From positions 62,001 to 126,000 of the forward strand of contig MEDY01000002.1 in the NCBI GenBank assembly GCA_001724265.1: a stretch of 64,000 nucleotides of DNA, given 5' to 3'. The notes below the pieces were generated by a model. The model searched no databases, was not told where the DNA came from, and was given only the letters and a program-made list of their open reading frames with translations. The position numbers and the translations under genes were made by a program. The DNA comes from Rhizaria sp. SCN 62-66 (lineage: Eukaryota). Positions 47,664 through 57,389 of the stretch are shown here, in pieces (within the stretch, counting starts at the first letter, position 1; the number at the start of each line of letters is the position of its first letter).

Positions 47664-50600
47664 GGACACTGCCAACCGCAAGAAAGCGCGCCGCCGTCGC
47701 TGGTTTCCGTTCCTCAAACGCCGCAGCAGCAGCGCGGACGCAGCGGGCGCTGTTGACGCGTCCGCTGCTGCTGCTGCTGTCGGCGGTGGCGCGGCTGTGG
47801 CCGGCAGTGGCGCCGCCGCGGCAGTGTCGGGGCCTGTTCCGTCGTCGGACGTCAGCGGCTATACGTACCAGACGTTCCGTGTGCAAGCGCGCAAAGAAAA
47901 GCCCTCCGCGCTTTACGCACCGCTCTTCACTCCGCAGCAACAACAACAGCAACAGCAGCAAGTAACGCAATCGCATGCGCAGGGACAGGCTCAGAAATCA
48001 CTGGCCCAGAGCCAAAGCGATGCCTCAGCAACTGCTACTACTGCTGCTGCTGCTGCCGGCACTGACTCAGCCGTTGATAATACCACGCCCGGTGGCAGCG
48101 ACCCCAAGGACAGCGTTGGCGACAGCGGCGATGGCGACGGTGGCATTGCTCTGGGCGAGTTCCCCCTTGACGCCGACGGTCAATTCAACACTTCCGACGT
48201 GTTTTTCCTCCTCAAGTCATTCAAGCGCGACCAGCGGCGGCGCCTGTTGCTGCGCGGCGACATCAAAATCGAGATCATTCGCCACGGACTTGCGTCGAAA
48301 CAGGTTATGTGCTGGTTCTGGCTTAACACCGCGTTCATGTAGCCCAAGCTCGAGTTCACGGAGGCGTATAACGAGTTGGAGCGGGTGCAGCGTGTGTCGG
48401 ACGCGGCCGCAAAGGCCAAGGCCGAGGCCGATGCCGAGGCTGAGGCGCGAATGACGGCGGCGATCGCGGCCGCGGAGGCCGAGGCGGAGGAAAAGGCTCA
48501 GGCGCAAGCGGCGGAGGCTGAGACTGCGGCCGACGCGAATGCTGATGGCGTGAGTGTCAGTGTTGCGGGCAACAATGTAAGTAGGACTGCTGGCGGCGAT
48601 GTAAGTAGTCCCTTGTTGGACCCCATTTCGTATGCGTACATCACGAACAACAACAGTCTCACCACGAATGGTTGCTCAAGCCCAAGCAGTGCGAATGTCA
48701 GCGCGAATGTAAGTAGCTCGCGGCTTGCATTAGATCTCGCCGCAGCAGAGCCCGACACTGATACGGTTGGCAATGCAACGCGTAATTCACAATCGCTCGC
48801 TGCGACAACGATGCCCCCCAGAACTGCGACAGCTGTGGCGGCAACGGGCGCATCGATGGCGGACAGCGTCAAGGGTGCGGATAATGTTAGTGTTGCTAGA
48901 GCTGATGTCACAGCAACAACGACTGTTAGCGGCCAGAATACTGACAGTCCCAACAGCAGCGATAACAAGGCTCTTGTTGTCACTGAACCAACAACGAGCA
49001 CGGCTGTTCAGACTCTCGCGAGCAATCCTAATGCCAGCGTTGCGCTTGAGAAGTCGAGTAATCCTTTCAGTAACCCCCTGAGTGATCTCGGTCCTATCTT
49101 GCCCCGCTCAGCTATTCTAGCGCATGCGCTGCCAAACATTCTCCGCGCCCCAGCCATCACCAACAACAATAACGTCAACAAGAACTCGACATTCAGCACC
49201 GGTTCCTCTGTTGCTGTTGCGAGTGCTGCTCCGACCGCTAACAGCAACAGTCTCGCTGTTGCGCCAGCAGCAGCAACAGCTGCGAGTGTCAGGCTACGGT
49301 CGCCGCCATCTTCGGCTATGCCCGCATCAGTGTCAACGTCAACGGCCTTAGCGCCACCACGCGCACGGTCTGTCTCCCAGTCGCAGCCGCAGGCCCCGTC
49401 ACTGTTGCTGCGCAACGCAGCCCCCGGCGCACCCTACGCTCTCGGTTCCTCCCTTCTCTCAGTGCCGGTGCGGCTTAACTTGCGCAAGGCTCAGATCGAT
49501 GACGTGGACAAGGCAGCCAAAGTGTCGGAGGACTTTGTTATTACGCTGACGTACAGGCACGTATGGCACGGTGAACCTATCGGCGCGCGCAATCCCGCGT
49601 ACATCAACGCCAGCGGTAGCAACAACGCCAGCATCAACAGTAGCGCGGACAATAACCGAGAGAATCCGGCCGCGGTGCCTCTGGTGACTGAGACTGACGC
49701 TGCGGCTGATCCCGTGAACAGGAGCAGTACTGCTGTTGCCTTGCGTAATAACAGTGTTGTGACACGCAACACTGCCAGCCCTAGCGTTGCTGACGTCGCG
49801 CTTATTGGTAGCCTCCGTGCAACCTCGCCTGTTGCGGCTGCTGGTGTAAGTGGGGACGTCGATTTAAGTGCCTCCGCACCCGTTCTAAGTATCTTGGAGA
49901 CTGTGGTCGCCGGCGGCTGGGTGCTGGGATTGGATGCGGCAGATCTAAGGGGTCGCGATGGTGTAAGTGGCGTCGATCTCCTCCCGTGGCCGGACGCGAA
50001 ACGCGAAAACGAAGCCGTATCTCTCGCCAAAGAGCTTGTTGTGTCCACTGCGACGACGGTGGATGGGCTGCTACACAGTGGGTTGATTCAGATGTATCCG
50101 CAGCAGCAGCAACAGCCTTCGCAGCAACAGCTGATGTACGCAGCCTCTCCTCGTCCTAGCTGTGCTAATCTCAACAACTTCTCTACATCTGACAAGACTG
50201 CTATTTATAACGCCAACACTCCTGCTTTTGCGGACGCTTACAACGGGGGCAACGCTGATAACAGCTTCACAAATGCTGTTGAGATGACCGTGCTTGGCAA
50301 GAGCTCAAGCGACGCCCACGTCAGCATCGTCAACGTTAGCAGCTCGCGCGACCTCAATCTAAGTACCGCGCCCCTTAGTCCCCTCGTGGCATCGCACTCG
50401 CAGACGCTGCTGACCCCGCTCGTGTCGAGCCAAAGCGGCGTTGCGCACACCGACACGTCGACGATCGCGGTCGCCGCGTCACCCGATCTCGCCGCAGTCG
50501 CGGAAGCTACTCCTGAGACTACGTTGGTAGCAGACGGTGCTGGGGGTGGGGAGACGGGCATTGAAGCTCAGACTGTGCATGAAGCTGGGACTGTCGCTGA

Positions 50601-53600
50601 CTCTAAAAACAACAATGACGCTGCACCTACGGTTGAAAACGTTGAGAAGGCTCAGAAGAACGATCACACTGACAGCTGCAGTGACGGTGGTGATTTGTAC
50701 GACGTCGAGACTGTGCTAGACAGCTCTAGCGAAGACGAAAAAAGTCAGGCTGCGGCTTACAATAACAAGCCGCGTGGCTCTGGTTCAGGGGCTCGTCTCA
50801 ACACGAACGCTCACGGTCAGAATGCCCGCCGCGGCCACTCGCGGTCCAACAGCAGCACGAGTCAGGAGAAGCTGCTGCAGTTGACCAGTTTAGCGATGAT
50901 GTCACCGTCTGGATCAGCAGCACCAATGCCCACATTCTTTGTGTCGCCGTCGCACAGCTACAGCAGCCATCAGGCGCAGCAGCAGCAGAGGCCTGGGCAG
51001 CAGCAGCAGCCGGGCTTGCCGAAGCAGTCAAGCGTTGTCTCGGTCGGCTCAGTCTCTGGCTTCCGTGACAGCGTCAACCTCAGCAGCAGCAACAGCAACA
51101 GTGGTGAGAATAACGTGAACGCTAGCAGTAACAACAAGTACGGCATCTCCGCGACGCTGCTCGCTAACGCCACCGCCGCCGCGGCCGCTGCAGCCTTCAA
51201 GGGCTCGGCCTCCGGCGGCGGCGGGACCCGGGGCAGTGTGAAGCAAGGCGGCAGTCGCCGGTCAATCGCCAACGGCAACGGCAGCGGCAGCAACGGCTAC
51301 GGTTACGGCCCTAACCAGGCCAGGGGCAGCATCGCTGCGAGCAGTGTGTTCCCAAGCAACGCCAGTGACGAGGCGCTCTATGTTGACTACGAGGCGGATG
51401 AAACGTCCTCCGTTGCGCCCACAGTCAAACCCGGCGGCCATATTGCCACCAGCAACAGCGCCGGCACTATCTCTGCTGGTGGCAACAGCGCGAACGCGCC
51501 CTCTGGCGTGGACAATGCGTTCCAACAGCAGTACCGCCTGCACTATGGAAGCGGTGCTAATAATTCTGATGTTGGCAACACCGTCCGAGGTGGGTTAAGC
51601 GCTGGAGAGAGTCCGTACACTGTGCGCCGCCGCGGCGACGACGTGAATACCTCTAACAGCACCGAGAATCGCGGCAACATCAGCAATGCCACCGCTGCTG
51701 CCATGATCGCGGCTGCAGCGGGAGCGAAGGTAAGCCGCCAGGGGTCGACTCACAGTCACTCTCACCACGCCAAGGGTAGCACGCACAACAGTTCTAACTA
51801 CGCAGGCGACTCGAATAGCTCTGTGTTTAGCGCCAGCGGTGTTGACAGCAGTCTCAGCAACAGTAGCGAGCGCCACAACAACAACAGCAACGCCGCCAAC
51901 ACTAGCGCGAATGCGGTGAACGTGAGTAAGAGCAAGAGCAACAGCAGCAATAGCAGCAACAACAGTATTATCAACGCTGAAACAGGTGCTGTTGTGCTGG
52001 TGCCCGCTGTGACGCGGCCGTCAGTCAGCGGCATTGTTGCTATGCTGCCTGCATCTGCGTACAACAGCAATCATGCCGTGAAGTTTCACAACACGAGCAA
52101 CACCAGTGACGCGTCAAGCATTAGCGACCACAATAGCCACGACATCAACAGCAGCGGCAGCAACGCGTTTGTCGCCCAGCATCTGCTGCGCAACGGCAAC
52201 AAGACCAACGCCCGCGCTAGCGTCGTCGTCATCCGCGGCGGAAAGCCCCATGACCGAGCGCGCGACCGTGGGCATGAGCAGGAGCCTGACTACGAGGACG
52301 TGGAAGCGGATGACCTGGAAGAGGTGTACACCGAGCAGCATCCATGCGGCGTGCACTTCAACCGCTCACAATCGCTGAAGACGGAGGCGATCCCGACTGG
52401 CACCTATACCAGCAGCAGCAGCGGCGGCGGCAATAACGCTCACAGGAACGCCGCTGACTCTCCGGCTGGCGCCAGTGCGACGGCAAGTGCGTCTGCTACT
52501 GGTGGTGCTGCGACTCGTTTCGGACTTGCTCCTGTGGTCATTCCGAGCAATTCTAACACGAGCACGAACTCCAACTCCAACAGCAGCGCGAATACCAACA
52601 GCTCCGCCACCAGCTCGACCGGTACTGATGGTACTCCTGGCACGACAACAGGTTCTGATAACGCTACCCCCGCATTCGCCGCTGCAACTGGTGGAAACGA
52701 CCATGTCGGTGCGATCAGCGTCGGCTGGGTGGGCGTCAGTCCCGGCGGCGCCGAGGCCGTGTTCTCTGTCTCCGACGTTATGCCGAAGCGCCACCTTGCG
52801 TCCAGCAGCAGCGGGGGCAACAACAACGCTGCGATCGCCAACTTGAACGCGCCTCTCGCGAAAGACGGCGTTTCCGGCGGCGTTGGCATCCCCAGTATCG
52901 CGAAGATGGGCAATGTAAGTGGGCTAGGCTCGTCTCAGTACCCGCGCCCTTACAGCCCGCAGCCGTCCCCTTCGCCGCCGCCAGCTGTCGCCAGCGATAT
53001 GCTGCCGGGAAGCACGTACAATTCCATCAAAGCCAACGCCGCCTCCAATAGCAATATCAATGTCAGAGCTGGCGTTGCAACGAAGGTCACTCTGCAAGCT
53101 CCAACCCCCATCATCCCGCAGCAGCACCAGCAGCCGTCTTCTGAAGCCAACCCCGATCAGCCGCCGCCGGAGCTGCAACAGCTGCAGCTCCAGTTGCAAC
53201 AGCAGCAGCACATGCAACAGCTACAGCAGAGCTTAGAGCCCGGGCAAGCCCAGCTTGTGCCCAATATCAGCGCTGTCGGCAGCCAGCACGATAGCGGCGC
53301 TTTTGTGAGAGACAATAATGACGGGGTGGCGGGAACTAAGGGACTTAGTACCATGAGTCTAAGTGGTGACGTGCTTTATCAAAGCGACTTAGAGCACTCA
53401 CAGTTACAGCTACAGCTGCAACAGTTATCACAACAGCGATCCGCCGTGCTTGCTCTCGCGCAACCGCAGCCACAGTCGCAAGTGAATGAGAACAACAGCA
53501 ACATGTTGCACAACATTAACGCCGTCCCGACCTCGTCTTCGCCCCACGACGCCGCCTTCAACGCCAGCGCCGACAGCGGCTTCAGCGTCGCCGACATCAG

Positions 53601-53799
53601 CGGCGGCGACAACCACAACGCCGCTGACGTCATCAATGTGAGCCACATCCCCCGCGGGAGTGTCTGCGCCAGCGAGGCCCTTACATTCGATCTCCCGCGC
53701 GCGCCTAGCCTGGCCCTAACATACTCGCTGCCGTTGTCGGGCGCAACGCCGGTGCAGAGGTCACAGGAAGACGGCGAGCAACAGCGAAAGCAAGAGTAA
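40107..53799 (+). CDS. TPTE: Voltage-sensing phosphoinositide phosphatase (VSP/TPTE-like: 4-TM sensor + PTEN-type phosphatase + fragmented C2), ~4,508 aa; join(40107..40279,40446..53799) with in-frame TAG at 48340-48342
   Basis: Four TM helices, linker ARSIVGQNKQRYRKNGFDLDLAYIT, IAMGLPS...EGAYRNPI, NLCAERTYD, FDDHNPP, active site HCKGGKGRTG (from 41188), QGVAGPSQIRY. C2 strands: PVELLTLSVH (~41915), LRGDIKIEI...MCWFWLNTAFM (~48250-48339) and RLNLRKAQIDDVDK...EDFVITLTY (49471-49555). ORFs 40345..48342 and 48376..53799 share one frame. Confidence 0.82.
40280..40445 (+). other. Spliceosomal intron (166 nt, phase 2) in the VSP gene
   Basis: GTACGT...pyrimidine-rich...CAACAG. GA|C gives Asp and joins the ATG-40107 exon in frame to T-C-E-D-R-A-N-A-F-V-R-H-P. 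Confidence 0.8.
48340..48342 (+). other. In-frame TAG inside the C2 domain of the VSP gene (candidate recoded codon)
   Basis: GCG TTC ATG TAG CCC AAG CTC: directly follows the conserved FWLNTAFM strand. The last C2 strands are encoded ~1.1 kb downstream in the same frame. Confidence 0.85.
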
Positions 53800-54271
53800 G
53801 CAAGTACGCTAAGAAAGAGCAGTATCGCCGCACCCAGTCGCTGTGAATCTGACGATATCCGTGTGTGCCCGATGGTAACAAGTAACAAACCGTGGTGGCC
53901 ACCGCCAATTATGAATAGCAACGAGATTCCGTGGCTTTATGTGTGTCTTGTGCAGATTATTTTTGCGAATTAATGATTTAAACATTTATTTTTGATATTT
54001 TACAATAGTTTTTAATCAAATCGCTTTTTTTTGTTTCTGTGTCAGTCCCTTGTTAGTTTCTTGATCGCATAATCAAGGCAGGCTGAACAAAGCGAGCCAT
54101 ATCTCCTTTCATGTGAACAACGTTACATAAATACAATACATCTGTGCTTTTGTGTCACAATTGGGCTTGTTTTGTACAGACTGTATTTGTTAACTTCTTT
54201 CCTCCTGGCCATATACGATCTTAAACAATGACTAGGAAAGTTCTCGTGTTGTGCTGCTGAAGCTCTCAGTT

Positions 54272-54649
54272 TCACTGCGGCGTTGTCGTCTCATTCGCGG
54301 CGAACAACAGCGCGCGCAATGCGCTGTTTCTACCGCCGTTGGCGGTAGTGGTAGTGCTGGCGGCCGCCCGGAGCACCAGCATGGCAGGCTCGCCCTCCTT
54401 GACTGTGTACTCCCCTTCAGCTACCAGGTGGCCCACCACCGTCCGGAGCTCCGGCTCCTCCACCACGGTGTCGTACCGCGCGCGCAGCTCGGCCCCCGCG
54501 GCGGCGACGACGGCGGCCGTCGCGACGGCGTTGTCGCCCTACAGGTTGAGCTTGTTGAAGGCGTCAGTGAGCGAGGAACGGATGCGGGCGGCGCGGATGC
54601 GCGCCAGAGGGTCGTCGGTCACCCACCCGTCGATGTACGTAGGGTCCAT
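54272..54649 (-). CDS. Small hypothetical protein (~125 aa from ATG 54649; upstream exons possible) with in-frame TAG at 54541-54539
   Basis: GC-rich island with strong C/G-ending codon bias on the minus strand: MDPTYIDGWVTDDPLARIRAARIRSSLTDAFNKLNL*GDNAVATAAVVAAAGAELRARYDTVVEEPELRTVVGHLVAEGEYTVKEGEPAMLVLR...TTTPQ-TGA. ORFs 54539..54727 and 54272..54466 share a frame. A TTCCGCAG acceptor-like site ends at 54651. Confidence 0.55.
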
Positions 54650-55085
54650 TCTGCGGAATGCGGAACAATAAAGTACATTTAGAAAGTATAATAAGGCAAA
54701 ATTGTGTGTTATCAAATCAACCATCATATATTAGTGCCGTGTTTCCAATGACGGTCTTCCCATGTCACTACATATCCTCAAAGTTAGCTCGCCAATCCAC
54801 TCAGTCACCTGGTCAGAGTCGGAGTTGTTGCTGTCGCATATTGGTAAGACTGAAACAACAAGCAAATAGCACAGAGATCAAACTACACACAGTCACTTAT
54901 CTTTCATTATGTATTACAACTCCACGCACTCTGGGCGAGAACAGAAAAGCTCTCTGCACACAGACGCGCGTCTATATCTTTTATCATTTGGTCTTCACCA
55001 CTGTCGTTAGTTCTCCTCAACAAGTAAACCAACAACAGAAACTCAACCCATCATCAACTCAACCCACAACAGCAACACGAATTAT

Positions 55086-56819
55086 TTACTTCTTCTTGTT
55101 GCCCGCGCCGCCGGCGGTGTGGCGGAAGAAAGCGATGTCGCCATCCTTAACCTCGTACTCCTTGCCGCGCTGCATGAGCTTGCCGGCCTTCTTGACCTCG
55201 GCCTCGGAGCCGTACTTGATAAGGTCGTCGTAGGCGAACATGTCGGCGTTGACGAAGCAGCGCTGGAAGTCGGTGTGGATCACGCCAGCCGCGCCGGGCG
55301 CGAGGGTGCCGTTCTTGATGGTCCACGCGCGCACCTCGACCTTGCCGCAGGTGAAGTAGTGGATCAGCCCGAGCGCCTTGTAGCCCGTAACGGAGATGCG
55401 CGGCACCATCGTCTGCGACTCGCAGGCGGCCTGCTCCTCGGGGGTCATTCCCACCCAGCGCTGCTCGAAGGTGATGGAGAAGGGGATCAGCGTGGAACCC
55501 GGGGAACGCTTCTGGACCCACTCGTGCACGTCGGGCAGGAACTTGTTCGACTTGTTCACGAAGTCCTTGTCGGAGATGTTGCACAGGTACACGATCGGCC
55601 TAAAAAATAATAATTAAAAAGAAATACATATGAAGAGAAAGCCAAAGAAAAAAAATTGTTAGAAACTTTAAGAGGATACAAATCGAAAGAGACCAAGCAG
55701 CCTAGAATTAAAACACAAAATATAAATAAAAAAACCCACTGTTATATCGTGGTTCCGTTCTTTAATTAAATAAAACATCTGTCTGTAGCCCCTAAGTTAC
55801 GATTATATACGTACTTGGCGGTGAGGAGCTGGAGCTCGTTGAGGGTCTCGACGTCGTCGTTGGTCCAATCACCCTCACGGATGTCGACGTTGTTCTCGAG
55901 GTAATCCAGCGCCTTCTTCATCGTCTCGTACTGGCGCTGCGTCTCCTTGGTCTTGTTGACGCCGCGTGTGATGATCTTATGCAGGTCATCGTGCTTGCGC
56001 TTGACGAGGGAGAGGTCCTTCTGGATGAGCTCGGTGGAGATGATGTCCAGGTCGCGCACGGGGTCAACGGACGACTCAACGTGCTCAACCTCCTTGTCCT
56101 TGAACGCGCGGCACACGTGGAAGATGGCGTCGACGGCGCTGATGTGCGACAGGAAGGCGTTGCCGAGGCCCTTGCCCTCGGACGCGCCCTTGACGAGACC
56201 GGCGATGTCGTGGATCGTCAGCACAGCGGGGATCTCCTTCTCGGGCTTGTAGATCTTGACGAGCTGGTCCATGCGCTCATCGGGCACGGGGATCTTGGCG
56301 AAGGCAGGGTCGATCGTGCAGAAAGGGTAGTTAGCCGCCGGGACGTTGTGCTTCGAGAGCAGGTTGAACAGCGAGGACTTGCCAATCTGTATACATGTGC
56401 ATGAAACCAAACAAAAACACGTGGAATAGATAGAATGTGAGCTGGATGTTTGTTGAGTTAAACTATACTAAACCTAAGTAAGATCTGAGCGATAAATAGT
56501 TGAGAGATGGAGACGTACGTTGGGCATGCCGACGATACCGATGGAGACTGGAGTGGGGGACACAAACAGCGCAATAAAGCACACAAAAAGATCACATCGT
56601 GAGCCATAGAGTAAATATAAGGTGGGAAAATAAAAGAATGTAATACAGAGGGTGTCCTGTTCAAGAAGAAATGGGGGATTTGGCGCGGGAAAGAGGAGCC
56701 GGAGTCAGCAATGTGGGATTCTTCGGAGTCGCAAGCCAAGAGAAAAGAAAGTGATACGTACCATCGTTACCAGGACGGCCAAGGTAAGCCTTCTTGACGG
56801 GGGCGTTCTTCTTGGACAT
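55086..56819 (-). CDS. OLA1: Obg-like ATPase 1 (YchF family), 390 aa; exons 56819-56762, 56547-56519, 56386-55815, 55599-55086
   Basis: Spliced product MSKKNAPVKKAYLGRPGNDVSIGIVGMPNIGKSSLFN...NYPFCTIDP...DIAGLVKGASEGKGLGNAFLSHI...LLTAKPIVYLCN...YFTCGKVEVRAWTI...APGAAGVIHTDF...GKEYEVKDGDI. Exons total 1173 nt with frame preserved at every junction. Confidence 0.95.
55600..55814 (-). other. OLA1 intron 3 (215 nt, phase 2)
   Basis: GTACGTAT...TTTTTAG; AA|G gives the Lys of LLTAKP. Confidence 0.92.
56387..56518 (-). other. OLA1 intron 2 (132 nt, phase 0)
   Basis: GTACGTCT...ATACAG; splits the P-loop GMPN|IGKS. Confidence 0.92.
56548..56761 (-). other. OLA1 intron 1 (214 nt, phase 1)
   Basis: GTACGTAT...CTCCAG; G|TC gives Val. 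Confidence 0.88.
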
Positions 56820-57389
56820 GTTAAGTACCAAACGACGAAAGTGACGTTCAAACACGGTCCCGTCACGCCGCTACATATCACCCCGTTTCCCTCGCACCTT
56901 TCTTTGCTTCGCTCGCTTCGCTGCAACAGCGGACCGAGAGCTTTTTTAGGAACCGGCTGAAGGTCCGACCGACCAACCTCGCTGCATCACTCTAAGTCCT
57001 GAATGGAACAGACGGTATCTTCGTGTAATCTTATTAGATAGTGCAGCAAGTAATGCAGCTGTGATTCACATGGTCGAATTTAGTTAATTCTTGAACGAGG
57101 TATCAACAGACGGATGGTGTAATGTGAAATCTACGCGCAAACACGTTTTGTTACCTCTCACTGGACCCCTCCCAACTTCTTTATCTCACCACGTACGTCG
57201 CTCAAACAGATCCTGCAACACAAGTTACTTTGCACTGCATAACCCCGCAGTCTTGGCAACATCTATCTCTTTTTTCGCTGTTAAAAGCCTCCTTTAGCCT
57301 TCAATCGGCTCTGTCCAGCCAATTCTCTTCGTAAGAACAACGTGTCCTCACACTACAGCACTGCCTGACTGAACGACAGTAACAACATC
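56820..57389. promoter_or_regulatory. Probable bidirectional promoter / 5' UTR region between divergent OLA1 and TLC genes
   Basis: 570-bp spacer between head-to-head start codons; no specific element identified. Confidence 0.4.

Noticed and set aside
48340-48342. Pyrrolysine or selenocysteine decoding
   Set aside because: Sec uses UGA. Pyl is known only from prokaryotes and no pyl genes are present. The sites are not catalytic positions.
5695-53799. Pseudogene interpretation of the TAG-containing giant genes
   Set aside because: About 47 kb of frame with only one TAG per gene, no frameshifts and intact VSP catalytic motifs is not the pattern of decay. Very recent nonsense alleles or base-call errors remain possible.
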